From: Phoronis australis
Lineage: Eukaryota; Animalia; Phoronida
Direction: 5' to 3'
DNA length: 64,000 bases
Assembly: GCA_002633005.1 (NCBI GenBank)
Contig: NMRA01000671.1
Span: forward strand, 1-64,000
Part shown: piece after piece, positions 38,101 through 53,100 of the stretch
Position numbering within the stretch: position 1 is the first letter of the stretch
Layout: each line of letters opens with the position of its first letter
Made by a program: the position numbers and the translations under genes
Notes under the pieces: model-generated
Database searches by the model: none
What the model saw: the letters and a program-made list of their open reading frames with translations, nothing else
Told to the model about the DNA's origin: nothing

Positions 38101-41100
38101 AGGGGTAAATACATCATGTGTATATCCAGATGATTAATTTTCTTATTTTTTAACTGCTTCTTCGAAACCGAGAGAAGTAATACATTAGAACATATATCAT
38201 ATTGTAACATGATATTTGTTACAATACCAGGTCGCTGCACAGTAAAAGGTTAATGCCTATTCTAATTTCTAATCTATCACTGGTGATTAGCTTCTATAAT
38301 AATTGTCCTAGAGTGGAACATAGTATAACGCAACATGCTGACTTCTTCAAAATTATATTTTCCTTAACGGATGCGTCTCCCACAAGAGAAAGCAGCTGAG
38401 CAGCAAATAAACAAAGATATGAAATTGTGTCATTCCTGCAACGTCTTGGAGTTGCATTATGGTTGTTCATTATTATCTCCTATTCATGCGACAGAAAAAT
38501 AAAAAGCTTCAGTACTTTTTGTAAATTTTTGGTCTCAATTGTAGGTTACAACTTTGGACGAAGACTACACAACTACCAGAAATCGTATGTGTAAATCAGT
38601 TAACGACCCGCATATGACGACTTTCGACGGCCAGTGAGTACATGTATATGCTTTGCTATTCAGCAGCCATAGAAAAGCAGCCGATGATCCCTGTCTGGCA
38701 GTCGTAGATGCACTTCAATGACGTATTAAAGTGATGTGGTAGAACAATTGACCTATCGCCAGGATTATGACGTGTGGCCCAATTGACCTATCAGAACGCA
38801 GCATTCTCGGCACTCCAGAATAATATCCCGTCATTTTGGCATGTCCTAAGCCGAAAAATGATGTTGAAAAGCGTAAACTATGGATCAAACTGTACGGCCA
38901 CACGAGCAGCTGAACTTAGCGATGTTGCTTGATAACTCGAAGGCTATAATAAACACAAATATATTAGTTCCAAGATACGCCCCTTTCAGCTTGTTGGCTA
39001 TGGTGCAGGGCTATCTCAGATTTTGACTTCTGAGTTTCCTACGTCTGGCCGCCTTTTTCTCGGCACCTGCTGGATCTCAGCACTCTAGCGGTAGTCCCCG
39101 GAAAGCGTTGTTTTCAAGGACATTTTTGACTATTTTATCTTATGTTTTTTTATTTATTTCTACCTAATGGACATTATTTTGTTTCGTATCAGAGGTACAT
39201 TTTTGTTATTCATAAACCGTAGGCTGGCGTTCAACTGAACTTCTCTCCCGATCAAAATTAAGAGATTCGATCGGCACAGGGAAGGGCACTGGATTACTGC
39301 CGGAACTCAAAGCCTTGGTCGAGCTGTTGTCACTAAAATTAAACTGTTGAATTACTTTTTGACGTGTACCTCTAGTATACACTATGTCTGTAGAGTTAGA
39401 GAGAGCTCACTTTGAAGTTGTTCAAACATGATATTTAGATTCATGAAGCTTTAAAAAAGAATTTGAATTATTTTTGTAAATACCGTATTTTTGCAACTAC
39501 CACACCAGACTTGTAATTTTTTGTAACCATACCACGACTTAGTGATCATGTTACCTTCAAATTTAAATGAAAGCTACCTTTATGGAATTAAACTACGCAA
39601 AATGGCAAGTTCATAAGCAGGTAGGCCTAATTTAAATGTCTTAATGGTGCAAACGTAAATTCCATAAACGGATTTAGCCCCCCCCCCCTTGGCTGCCGCA
39701 AGCATAATGAAACAGCAAGAGCGTGAAGCATGAGGAAATGAGTTCAGTAACTGGGACCGGTAGCGGAAGAGGGGGGCTGAGACCCCGGCAGATCGCGGCG
39801 AAATTGTGTTCCTGTTTTTTTTGGTCCCCCTATAGATTTTCTGAACCGACGCCCAAAGGACTACATCCCTGGCCCCTGCAACTTTCGGGCCGCCTGTGCA
39901 CATACAATTGCACTTTGTCCAATTCCACAACGCAACATATGTTGGGCTCCCCTGTGGTATCCTAGATTCGCCACTGAACTCCAGACATTAATTTGACTTA
40001 GACACAGCCCTAAACCTACCGGAGCTAACTGTTTGCCTAGTTCGAGATGAGTGTGTACTTGAGCTATGAAATTGAATTTTTTTATCAAAATATTTCGTTA
40101 CAAGATTAGAAAAGCGTAAATAGTGCTATCGAGTCGACCTACTCAGAGACTATACTGCATGTGTTGTCTGTAATCTATGACCTACTTTTCATTTGGCGAA
40201 ATTAAGCAGACGACAGAATAAAAATATCGGTGAATCTTAACTGATTCTATTCGAAAGATCATGAAATCTATGGAATCGTACAGATAATTCGACTTTAAGG
40301 TACATACCCAGCTTTACATGAACATATCTTACATGTATCAGTGGCCTTGTCATTTCTTAGGTGAAGGTGGCCCCCAGGGCGAGGGGTTCTTCGGATTTTT
40401 GCTGGCGCCTCGAGCACTTATTTTTCATCGTCACCTTTACAAAATCCCATATCATGAACGTACGATTCTCTGTTGAAAAGCATCGCCTCTTGTCTCTGTC
40501 GAAGCGTTTTTAAATAATGCAAAAACACTCATCGATTCCTCTAGGAACGTCGTTCAGCGACAATGTATTTGCCTTTGACATCTCGTTCGATTGGCGGGTA
40601 TCACGTGACTTTTCGCATAGGGACAGAGCTTGCGATAGGTCAATTTACGGGTCTGCCTGTTGACATTTTTCGCGCGGCTAGATGGGCGGGGCCGAGTTCC
40701 AAAACTGTCTCGCAGCGAGAAAATCTAGCCAAAATCTCGCGAGATCTTGCTAATCTAGGCTCGCGTTTTTATTGTACTACATCTGCAAAACGCTCGATAG
40801 CGAATCCAGATGGTTATACGTTTGATGGAAACACCAGACATCGTCTCTCTGCTGTTGCCAACGATCGGTGTAAGTTTTGAGCTCGACAAATGTCACGGTG
40901 CATCGATCTGATCATGGTCACGTTCCATAGGCAAAGTCTCTTACAAGAAAACTAAGTCCTCACCAGACCTCGAGAAATTGCTCGAGCGAAATATTGGTGT
41001 TTCACGGATATACTCGGGAGCATGCTGCCCTGTCCACTGAAGTGATTGGTTGGTGACACAAGACAGTGGAGTTACGGGTTTGTGTTCACTGTTTCGGTTC

Positions 41101-44100
41101 TATACGAAGACACGGTTTTCGTCGAACCTGAAAGCTACTGCCTTCAGTGTCTCCGGAACGCGATAAGAATATTGATTTACAACTTTAATAATTTACGCTA
41201 TGCTAAAAAATAAAATTGCAGTAAAACTGAGAACCTGTTTATTTCGAAAAGTACATGCACAAACGAGTCACTTTATATTCATTACTTATAGTCGCATGTG
41301 CATCTCGACCAATCAATCAACATGTTATACACATCACAGTTTTTTTTATTGCAGTCGTTATGATAGCCACATTCACGGAGAATTTGTTCTTTACAGAAAT
41401 AAAAAATATCCGTTTGAGGTGAGTAATTTTGGTTATGTCCGTATGAACTCTATTGAGCTCAATGGCACTTAACGTTCATACGCATGTCATTTTGGTGTAT
41501 CAAAGTACTATGAATGTGATTTGCTTGTTACCAAACGTAGTCCATTTAAAAATGCCAAATTCAGGAATAAGTAAACAGTCATCATACCGCCTCTACTGAG
41601 TATTGTTGAGCGATTCAGCCCATGGTCTTAGGGTGTCGTCCAATCTCACTTTAAGTACAGTATGCATCCTGTGTCCAAGTTGCGTCCAGTTTATATAACC
41701 ATGCTTGTATGTAGCACCTTTGCAACTGTTTAAACCATACGCACAGAGGTAAATGTAAATTTTCAAGGCGTTTATAAGGGGGGAAAGAAAAAGCAATAGT
41801 TGCAACCACTACTTTATATATTTTGCAATGAGGTCAACAGAGCAGTGTTTGTTGATAAAGAGAAAGGTATTCTAGAACAATTGCTTTTAACTCTCGATAG
41901 CTCCGAGCCTCGGATATCGATCCCCAACTATCTCTCTAACGTCAAGTATGGACAAATCAAGAAAGATCGATGGACTGGTGTCCGAAAATTACAACAGATG
42001 AAGGGTGGTGTGAAAATTGTCAAATGGCAGATGTACTTCTGTTAGTCCTGCTCATTTTGCCTAATATTCTTCGAACGTGTAATAAACCATTTAAACAAGA
42101 CACAGTCGTAACCAATTAGTAACGATTTGCTACGCCCATATTAGTAACCTGGCGGAGTCTCGAAAGAAACATTTTTTCAGTTGTCATGCATACAAACTGT
42201 ACTCAAAATTACCACAGTCGAAGTCGATTATTTGAAACAGGTGTACATGTAGATCTGGCTACGTCATGACTTCAATGATAAATTTGGGATTATAGTGGTA
42301 TTGATGGAAGTAGCAAATCAATTATCACGTCTGAAAAGTTGTACACGGCTTTTGTTTTAACAAAATGCCTCCAGTTTTGTGTTATTCTTGGTGTGTAATT
42401 ACTGACTGATTGTATCATTGATAATATAAACTCAAGATGGCCGGGGTTGCTTACATGATGTGCTGTATTTTTGAAATTTTGCGTTCAAAATGAAAAACAA
42501 ACTTTTTCAAATGTGAATTGAAATGCTTATTTGTCCTCTTATGAAATTATGAGAATGCTTCCTATACCTCTTAGAGATGGTGCATATCCAGTAAAGGTGT
42601 GACATCAAGTTTTGGGTGGAAGATTGACCAAATAGCACAGGCAGCAGCAGTAGTGGCGGCAGCAGCGCTGCCTAAAAGATCATACGATGTTTTTCTTTAT
42701 GCTTGGCAACCAATGATCGTTTGACAGTTTAAACGGAAGTGGAAACAGAGATCAAGGATATGATTTCATGACGGCGGCACTTTTGGCAGAGGGATCTGGG
42801 TTTTACACCCGTGCGCAAATATAAATCACAGTCACATAGGTTAAATGGATACTTTTATCCATGATTTTTTTTATTTACAAGACCTTGGGGAGTGATGTGT
42901 TTATACGCTGTACGTCAGGGTATATTTGCGTTAATACTAGGCGGTGGGCCAGAATTTGTAGGACCTCTAGAGAATGGTTTTTGTGTGTACTGTAGCGGGA
43001 CATTTTTATTTTGGTGTTTTTTAACTCATTTACAAGAGTGTTTTCAAAATCTTAGAAGTTCCCACATGATTGAAATTGCGTAATAACCACCACAGAGCTT
43101 AGACAACTTATATTTATAAAAACAACAGCTATCTTTTTTGTAAAACAAGAATTATGGTCCCATCAATGTCATTGTATTGAACAATAATACACTTTCATTA
43201 CATGGTTTACTATTGTAGACTAATTGTAAACAATGAAACTTAAAAAATGTAAAGTGACACCTAGTGCAGAAATGCAAACTAAGTCTGAATGTTACTAGGA
43301 GGTTGTTCTGGCATTGTCTGGGAACAAAAACAAACACAAAACACTTGAGACTGGGCAAAATTTGTGCCTCAACGACTGATTAATGGTGTATGATATAGCT
43401 TGTTTGCATAATACACCAGAGATATGTTATAGTACGAAAACAATATAGTTGAATGATCCCTGTGAATCTGCGCACAGACTGTATGAAAATAACAGATTAT
43501 TCTGACAGCGTTTATCAAGCAGTATGAGACAAATACGTGACAATGATCAAAGTATGTAAATTCTATGACTTCATCGACAAAGAAAATTACTTTTTAATAC
43601 AAGATACACAAAATAACGGGGTTGGAGGTCTATTTAGGGTTGACTTGTCAAAGTACTATCCATTTTCCATTCCAGTATTGCTGATGGAACTACAGTTGTC
43701 CCAGCTGCACATTTCTGTACAGTTTGACCCAGCATTGCAACACAAATACAGTTTCCCGGCACAAACGTTCTTTTTGCACTTTCAGCCTTCATCATTTACT
43801 TCTGTCGATGGAGCTGCGGGCATTGCCATACATTTTAACTTAAATTCTCCACCGCCAATGAGCCAACTATGGTCACTTAAAGAGGATACAGCACTGCACA
43901 CTGGTGATTGTCCTGCATGCAATGAAGGGTCAAACACTGAGTCCTTGTTTGGAGGCGGGCAGGCTTCGGGAAAACTTTTGATTCCAAATATGTTATAATG
44001 GGCTGTGTTAATTAGAGTCAGCAAGTGAATTATTGAACACTAGAATCAATTTAATTTCGTATCTCTCAGTTGGGCACAAACTAGGACAGCGCATTGCTCC

Positions 44101-47100
44101 AACAATTGTTTCTTAAGATTGCCTGTCCGTTCATGCACACCAGCTTTCTGAATAACAGCTTCAAAGTCTTGCTTCAGTTTTCAAAGGCAAATGACATCTC
44201 CATGTTTTAGAAGGTTTGATTCATTGGACTCCAAACAAAACTGTAGCTAAACATCTCTGAAAACTGCGGATTCGTCACTCTTCACAATCTTTGTCTTTCT
44301 ATTTTATAGCATGATGATCTGTGGTTCTAGCATATTCAGGGCTATGGACTGAGATGTTGCTTGTGATACAAGTCCAACTGAAAAAAAAATTGAACTGTTA
44401 ACACTAATTTAACATTAAACTATGAGTGAGTTGGCATGCAAATTTTTCAGACGGACTTATCAGGAACTGATCCACCACCAGCCTAACAAACTAATATGCC
44501 GTATGATCTGTCGCCTAAAAATGTTGATCGTTTAATAATTAGATTGGTTGATGCAACAGAAAATAAATCAGCAGATATAGCAGTGCAGTGATTGAAAAAG
44601 TCAATCGATTTACACTGAAGGTAATCAAAGTTTGACGACGGGGATGCTGGCCACTTAGGCACTTTAATTTAATTACCATTGCAGCTACCTAAGTCATTAT
44701 TGTTTACAAAAAACGAGAAGAGGCTCCCCCTATCCCAGGATTACGGCAGGGATGACGGCCACTTGGGCATGTTGATTGCAACCATCTACTCCATATAACC
44801 TTCTCAAAACTTTTTGACTAAAAGTGCTTAAAATCACACCTGCAGTATAACGCCATATGATTACATGTACCTCCTAGCGCAAGCAGTGTCGATGGGGCAG
44901 CTGAACAATGGAGTGTTCAAAAACATGATTTTAGGAGTATTTGCTTAAACTGGGGACAAATGATAACATTAGCGGTCTCCTCAGAGGCACCTCTCTACGC
45001 GGTACTTCTTAACATATAGCAACATGATTTATGGTTTAACCAGTGTGATGCATAATTTGCTGAAAACCATCCGGAATATGGAGTACCTGTGGTATAATCA
45101 CCGTCCCTATTGGGTCAGCGATATTGTCTAAGGCCTAAACAGCCAAGGGGCTGAACAAGTTATCAAAAACAACTGGTATTGATACTGAAACGCACTTGGA
45201 AAACACCAAGATGTACCTTATAAAAACACGTAACTGTTTTTCAAAGCTAAAAAGTAGTAACTTCTTTCTCTTTTTTGAAATGGGGACCATAATATACTTT
45301 TCCTGCTCACAAATGATGCACTCGTGTATCTTGTTCAGGTTAATTGGGTGTTTCAGCTTTGGAAGTCTAATTGATTTTCTTTGAACATTTGGGTAACATC
45401 TCTATCACTTTCAGCAGCTTCAGCGTTAGTACTACTGCTGATATCTTCAAACGATGCTATGCCTTTCTATGGCCTTTCAATTTTTGGGCTGACCCTTGGT
45501 TTTCTACAGCAGTAAACTGTATAGGCTATAGCAGGACATGCAGCTGTTTTCTGCACAAACGTTTGTGACACCTTTTCTTCTTTTTGATCTAGTGATCAAC
45601 AAAGTTCTACAGTCCATCAGCTTTCGTCAGGATGCTTCTCTAAGCTTCTTCAGGTTCCGGCATCACAATTTTGTGCTGTTTGATAAACTTTGAATCATAC
45701 AGGCATCACACTCCATAAGGGCAGTCATACTGAAGTAACTAATCACAACAATACTATCTGGCTCTCTGATTTGTCAATTCAATAGAAAAACGCCACCAAG
45801 TGGCAGGAATGTGCATAATATTTCGTGCAACAAAAACACGCTTTAAAGAAATTTGCAAGTTTAGACGTGGGAACTTTTTGGAATTTGATGTATAGGTATA
45901 TTATCTAGCCACATACTAGGTTGCTCCCCAATGAACGCTATGAGATTTGGCCCACCAACTATACGGCGCGAACGTAAATTTACACTCGAATCTAAATTTA
46001 GATTCGGTTGTACAGTAAACATCATGACTTAAACAAGGACTGTGTTATTGCTTACCCGTTTGTGTACCTACACTCAACTGTAAATTTACGTATGGTATGC
46101 ATTTTCTTCATTGAATGCAAATGCAGCTGCAACGTTACACTAGAGAATATATATACACCCCGTATAAAAGTAACGTGCTACGTATGACGCCATTTAATTT
46201 CATTCACCGTGTGTAAATGCATGCTCACTCTGCCAAAAGTGCAGTTTCAAAGTTTATACTTAGTAGTCGTATGTCAACTTAAGACAATTGTGCTTACCTT
46301 TTAAACGCCCAAAAGCATTTCTCTATTGCCATGCGTGTTCTGGGAGGGTCTTTTACGGAAATGATTTTGTTTTCACGACTTTCATGTGGTCTTTGGCCTG
46401 GATCGATAGCCACCAGTTTTTGCGTCAATTTTCAAAAGTCACCAAGTAATGAAATCCACCCGGCCGACTCTAATATGACTATACCTGTAACCACGCAAAT
46501 ATAAGGAAGAATGGGATACAGCAACCAATTCTGTTTAAGGTTACGTATAGAAAAAAATTCAGCCATGCTGTTGGGATTAATGAAATATGTTAAGTTTACA
46601 TGAATAGAAGTTTTTTCTTTAATGCATTCATCGCTCTACACAACAAATTCCCAATTAATATTCAACCTTTGCCGCTAGTTACAATATCTGTTCATGTGCA
46701 TGCAATGCAACAGTCTTGCTTGTTTAATTCTTCCTTATATTGGAATGTTATTTCCTCTTTCATTAACATCGAAGCGTGTCTTGAAATTTATTTATTCTGC
46801 CGTTGTTAATAAACAGGTTCACGCATTGTTCCAAAAATGCAATGGCTGGCTAGGGTACAACAACACAGCTTGTAACTGCGGTGTTGCCGTGAGATCCGCG
46901 ACCGATGTGTTTGTGGTTGAAAATTGCAAGAAAAAAGAGATCTATCATACCGGTGCAGGGGATCGACTAAAGCGTCGGTTGCGAATAAGTCAAGATGGAT
47001 CGTGCGACTCTTATGGTCGAGGTACGAGACTTATTCGAAAAGATGGTGGAGATACAATGCAGGTGAGTCAGTCATAACATCCCGAATTCAACTCTTCTCT

Positions 47101-50100
47101 TTCGCGGATGTGGAAAATACTTAGTTTTCCATAAACTCTGCAGCCGCAACAACATTCCTGAACTGATTCAACTCGGGTTTTCAAACTCATTGATGTCATC
47201 AATTCATCACACTGGCGAATGGCGATCTAATTTTCGTACTGGGTACGGATAAGCAAACCAGAAGCGTGAGACAACATGGCATACTTATAGGTATATACAT
47301 GTACCGCAGAGTCGTAACAGTCCTTTTGGGGATAACTGAGATGTGGTTGCATCTATTCACCGTTATCTTACATGTAACTAGCCGATTAAAGATGGGAAGA
47401 ACAGGGAGAGATGGAGGCTGAAGATGAGCACTGCCGGATTAAACAATGAATTGGATATCGGGGCCTTAAATGCTCATAGAACGATTATTTCAAAGCAAAA
47501 GTAAAATAGGTGTAATTTTCACTGTCGAGAAGGAAAGCGATTGAGGAGATTTTTACATGTTGAGACTAGTGGGTCAACTGCCTAGTTGTTGATGCAATTG
47601 GACGATTTCAGGATTTATACAGCACTAATCAAATGTCATGGAAATGTACATTTTGCACCCATTTAGATTATTGTAATTTTTGCCACTCAGCATTTAAACA
47701 AAACCCAAATTGTAAATTCAGGAATCGTTCAAAATCAAGGATTGCCTGGCGCCTTGGTTAGTTTACACACTTTTTAGAGCCTATGTTCTTTGTGTGCAAG
47801 CTTAAGGTTTGAGCAGCACCACGACACCTACATTTCTTGGCAGTCGCTTACATTGTGGGATCTCTGTACCATGGACCCTACACAGATTGAAAATGGCGGA
47901 CCCCAACACAACCTTTCCAAGTTCGCATCATATTAGGTCAGTACTTCCATATGTGTACAATCATATGTAAGTTTGTGGAGTTGGTGACTCTAGGTATTCC
48001 GTTCACGCGGGATCTGCCAAAGCTCCGTGCTCTTTATTCGGGAAGGTGGGTGGGAGTGGGGGGGGGGGTACTCAACCAATCTTTATATTGTAGAATTTTC
48101 TCTTCATTCATCTTACCTGAGAATTAATACAGGAAAGCCCATAGCTTGAGCATCAAAATGTTGCGCTTATTAAATTGCCACATTTAAAGCAACCCGATGT
48201 TCAACTATCCAAGGGTAATTTTATCAATCTTATGCACTGTTTTTCAAGAGGAAAAACTTTGACAATGCAATAAATTAAAATAATTCATTTTCTCAAACTT
48301 TAAATAAATTACATCCAAGGTTAAAAGCAGAATATTTTAGCAAGCAGTTTGATATAAATGTCATTAAAATCGGTTCAGGAACTGTCATTTAGCAATGAAA
48401 GTGTATCCCAAAACTACATGTATACATGTAAGTCACAAGAATTTACCAGTGAGTGAAAAATGTGTGAAGTGCACGCGTTACTTAGAATTTTAAAATATTC
48501 ATTCACGCCCAAGTTTGTTGTAACGGATATCAATAGAAACAAGAAAGTTAAAATAGTTCGTTGGTATATTTTTAATTTCCCACCACTTGCACGCTAACAG
48601 ATATGAGTTTGTGACATTCACGAAAAATTGCAAAATTTCGCTCTTAATGAACTTTGGCCACATTGGTTTGCTATATATTGTAAACGTAGTTACAAATGAG
48701 AAGCTACTACATTTAAGTCCGGCCAAGGTTCCTACTACATCACAAAGTTCAAACTAAATTTCACCGTAAACTACTGCGAATTCAACCAGATGAAAAGATT
48801 TATCCAATTAATTCAACCTTTTCTGTTGACCAAAAATCTCGACTTTTGTGTTGTACTGTCGCGTTATTTGGGCCGATCAAAAACAACTTGTTAAGTTAGC
48901 TCCGGCGCGTTTCGTAGCAAAAATTAGACTTGTATGGCTGGCATACGCGATTTAATTTGCACAAAACACAGCAAGTTAATTTTCAAACTCAAAATGTGCT
49001 CGAAATGCGAGGAATAGAAACGAAACTTTACATTCGTTTCTACATAAACCGAGACACCGGAAGATATGAATCCTCCTCACGTAGTTTGCGTTAGGCCGCG
49101 AGACATGACGGAGTCGCGAATCTCTTAACCAGTATCTATGATTGCAATAACATACCAAATCGCAAGGATTTGTAATCAATTCAACGTTTTAAATTCAATC
49201 AAAAATACATGTATATTCCGGGCCGAGGCAGTTACACGAAAAGTCGAATTGCGCATTGCAGATCTTAATTACAGCCAGCCAGCTTGCTGTTTGAAGACTA
49301 TCGCCAAAATAAAGCTGGGTACCGCTATGAGTTGAGCTCCGTTAGACCACAGGTGCTTGAGTTGTGTGTTCCTCGATCACCACTGACGCCACTCACTACT
49401 AAGAAAACATAAAAGTTGGACACTAAAAATCTGTTTGCTTAGAATTTTCTACTCAAATGTGCATGGTGCTCTTCGAAATCAGCGTCGAACAAAACTTTGA
49501 ATACCTTCTTCAGCATGATCACATCAAATTGCCTTCGGGTGCTGATTTGACGACAAAAATGACAAACAAAACGCCAAAATCACAAATTCAATGACCTTAT
49601 TTTATGACCTTAGAAGTTCATTGCAGACGACTTTCGAGCATTCGAGTTTTTGTCGCCAGTCCTTGCCGTGGATATAAATATATTCCAGGCAGGATGCATG
49701 GCGGGATTGGCGGGTAAGATACAAAAATGTACGACATGGCCGCTTCATTGCTGCATCGTACGCAATGTGGCATTTTAGCCCAGAGACCGATAACTAGCCT
49801 GCGTCAAAGAAATGTCACTCAACTGTTATGCAGTGATGTTAAGGAGAAATTTCGTGGGCACAATGATATCATGTACACCACTTTACGCTGATTGGATGAA
49901 AATTTATCTGGGGCGCTCGAAGGGGCTACGAATTATGGGCGGTGTAATTTAATCTCGCCATTAGTCAATTTTTGTTGTAGGCCTATGAAAGTAACGAAAA
50001 CAATATTTTATCCCGTAAAACGCCATTGTTCGGCCGAAACTCGTACGTGTGAGTCGACATCAAACCGTGTATGAGACTATACCACAAGCCAAAAACCTTA

Positions 50101-53100
50101 CTTTATAAATCAACGCGTTTAATAATTAGCGCGAAGGAAGAGGAAACATAGCTGCTACACTTTGATTTAAAGCATCAACACCCTCTCTGAATTGTCCGTA
50201 AGGTAAGCATCACAACTACCAAGAAAGTTTAGTAGGTAAACTAGAAATAAAGGATCCTACACGAGTCTCAGGTTTATGACATGGGCCAAACCGCTAAGAA
50301 ATTTAGTCAAAATCCGTCAGCCCTTGTTTTGTCAAATGAACCGTAAAAACCACCTTTTTGTCTAAGAACTCGACGTGTCTAACTTTCAACTGCATGACAC
50401 CACTTTGTAAAAACACGCTTGCGCGTTGTAAAGTAAACCCAGTTACTTTTTGTTAGTAGTTTTATTTTAAACTTAACAATTCTAAATTGTATTCAGCTTC
50501 CGTAACAAAAGTTCAATTTATCATCTAATAAATAGTCTTTGAAGATGTAATATTGAAACTTAACAAATGTTTATAAATAGCAATCAGAAGGGCTTCCCCG
50601 CGCGTGAATACTGAATCGATCTTGAGAAAGGACAGCTAGACAGTCTCTCCTCGTTTCTTGAGTTTGGGATCGTCTCCATTTAAGAATTTTTTTGCGTGTC
50701 CATCCCACTGGTAGTGCGTACAGTTACGACAACCAATTTGTCAAATGCTAGCTTGGTCACCTTCACGTAATTCATTGTTTGGTTGGTGTGCGTTTGGTTG
50801 TTTAAGTGTTTTGCAGTCGATAAAATGTAAGATGGATGTCAAATTTGCACTACTTTGTAATTCGCCCATGTAATATAAAAGCTTACGTACTCGGTGTTAT
50901 CAACCAGTCGTGTCGTAACACATTCCAGGTCATGTGCGAAATACTAGAAATCATTTATTGGCATGAACATCACTTCCCGCATGGCCCCTGCCCAACGCGT
51001 AGAACAGGTAGCATCTCGCTACGTTTTTGCCTAATGGCATGCCAGTATTCTCATATTTCTTTTGCTAGTTTAAGTGTATTTTCATGTTATTCGATTCACA
51101 TAGGCTGTTTACTCCCATGCGCTTTATTTAAAACACACTCTCTAATTCAATTGCTTAATAACAAGCCTTCTAACAGAAGCAATGATTCAGACAATATATG
51201 GCAATGAAATCTGTTTCAAATTTTGCATTGCTATAAATACATACGATTTCTGGGCGCGGATATACCTGACATTAGTTATTTCTTGAGACCCGGCCTAATT
51301 GTTTTACTTTATTTTTCAGGCATATTCTTGTGGAACGACAAACTGTGGCTTCTTTTCTCTCGTCTAAGTCACGAACAAGTTGAGACTAATTTTATAGCCT
51401 TTTAAAAGTGCTCTATTAAAACTTAAATTTCTTCAAAGGAGCAACGTTATCATTACAATTGGTGAAATTAATACCCCTGGATCAGATAAGTAGTCGGTAA
51501 ATCCATTTTATGGATGCGAAGTCCTAATTAAGAATTGCCTGACTTTTAAACTGAAGAAACTGGTTTTTAATGTTAGTTGTTTTTGTAATTAATTTGGAAA
51601 AAATACAGAAAACTTGATCATACACTGTACCAACTCTAATTTTTGCTATCATCATGCCTGTTCCTGACTTCGATGGAATTTTTTGGACAATAAATCTAAC
51701 CTATTTTCAGACTGTACCCCCTGCATGTCGGAGATGGTTAGGGCATGCACTACTCCTTTATATTTCATTTTATGTAAGTCTCTAGTAGTGCTTCCTTGAT
51801 TACAATATAATCGACGTTACTTGCACTGGTGTTATTTTTTATATCGTAGCTCCATCTTCCGACGGGAACAGTTGTTGAAGTCAAAGGTACTAAAAGTGGA
51901 TACTTGTCAATATACATCGTGCCATCGATAGCTGATTTCAATAATACCGAAGGCCTTTGTGGCTCATTTAACGGAGAGTGTGAGGACGACTTTATCCACA
52001 ATGGAGACACTTACGATAAAAGTTATCCAGAGGAATGCACAAGTGAACCTTACAAGCTCGAAGAAAAACATGTCAAGAACAATTTTACACATTTATGGGA
52101 GTACGTTTGTATTAATTGGTCAAGCAACCACTTGGTGGCTCTGGTAATACTCATCAGTTAAAAGAGAAAAACATGCCAAGAGCAGTTCTATGCGCGCACC
52201 CAGCCTAAAAATGAGGAGAATGTCGACCTTTTACTAAACAGCGGGGAACTTTCACTGCCATGAATTGTGCATTCTCCGAATTCCTGCTATTTTAGTGAAT
52301 ATTGTCTCGTTTCCAACTTTTGCAGACTTTTTTTCTCTGAGGCGGACCTTTTTGCCCGTTTTGCCAAATCGGGGCCTTTTCGACCCCCCGTGCGCGCATG
52401 ATTTCAATTACGTTAGGACTTCGTTTAAAGGCCAGACTTCACGACATTACGTGAGACACTCGCTGCTTCCTTGCGTGTCCGTTAGGGGAAAGAGGACATG
52501 TCGGTATCATTCCACAGCACGCGTTTTATAACTGGCTAATGCAACCTTGTCAGTCATTGATTAACTTACAACAAAGAAAGAAAATGGGCTGAATTTGAAC
52601 GACTTTTGCCATCTCAATAACCTTGCGAACCAACTTTCTCCTTATTGCAAATTTTTCGTTTTTGCACTCATACTTAATAGCCGCGTGATTGAAGTTCATG
52701 CAATGCACCAAGATCTGGCCGATTTAACCAGTGTGTTACTTGTACTCTGTGAATACAAGATAGCAATGGCAAAATCAGCAACAGTAGAAAACTGCACACT
52801 GACACACTTTTCCGGTTTCAATTTCTTGAACATATCTCAATTAACCACCGATTTGTGTGTACAACAGGCTACAAACTATTTCCACGTTTACATTTCCTCC
52901 ATCAGCCATGCCAGTTTGTTTGCGTAAAGCGTTACCTGTGGTCAAATTTACCAGCCAATCAGAAACACGGGTGTAAAATTTTTTTAGAGGACAAATTAAA
53001 TGATATCTGCATATCCTCTTCCTCCTAGCCGACACGAACGAAACCAGCGAGACGTGAGATATTGTGGCGTATTTTAAATGAGAACACGTAATTTCTACTA

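Noticed and set aside
43537-43998. 153-aa plus-strand ORF as a candidate VWDE exon
   Set aside because: Antisense to the Academ-like relic; exons 9 and 10 join in phase with continuous VWD motifs without it.
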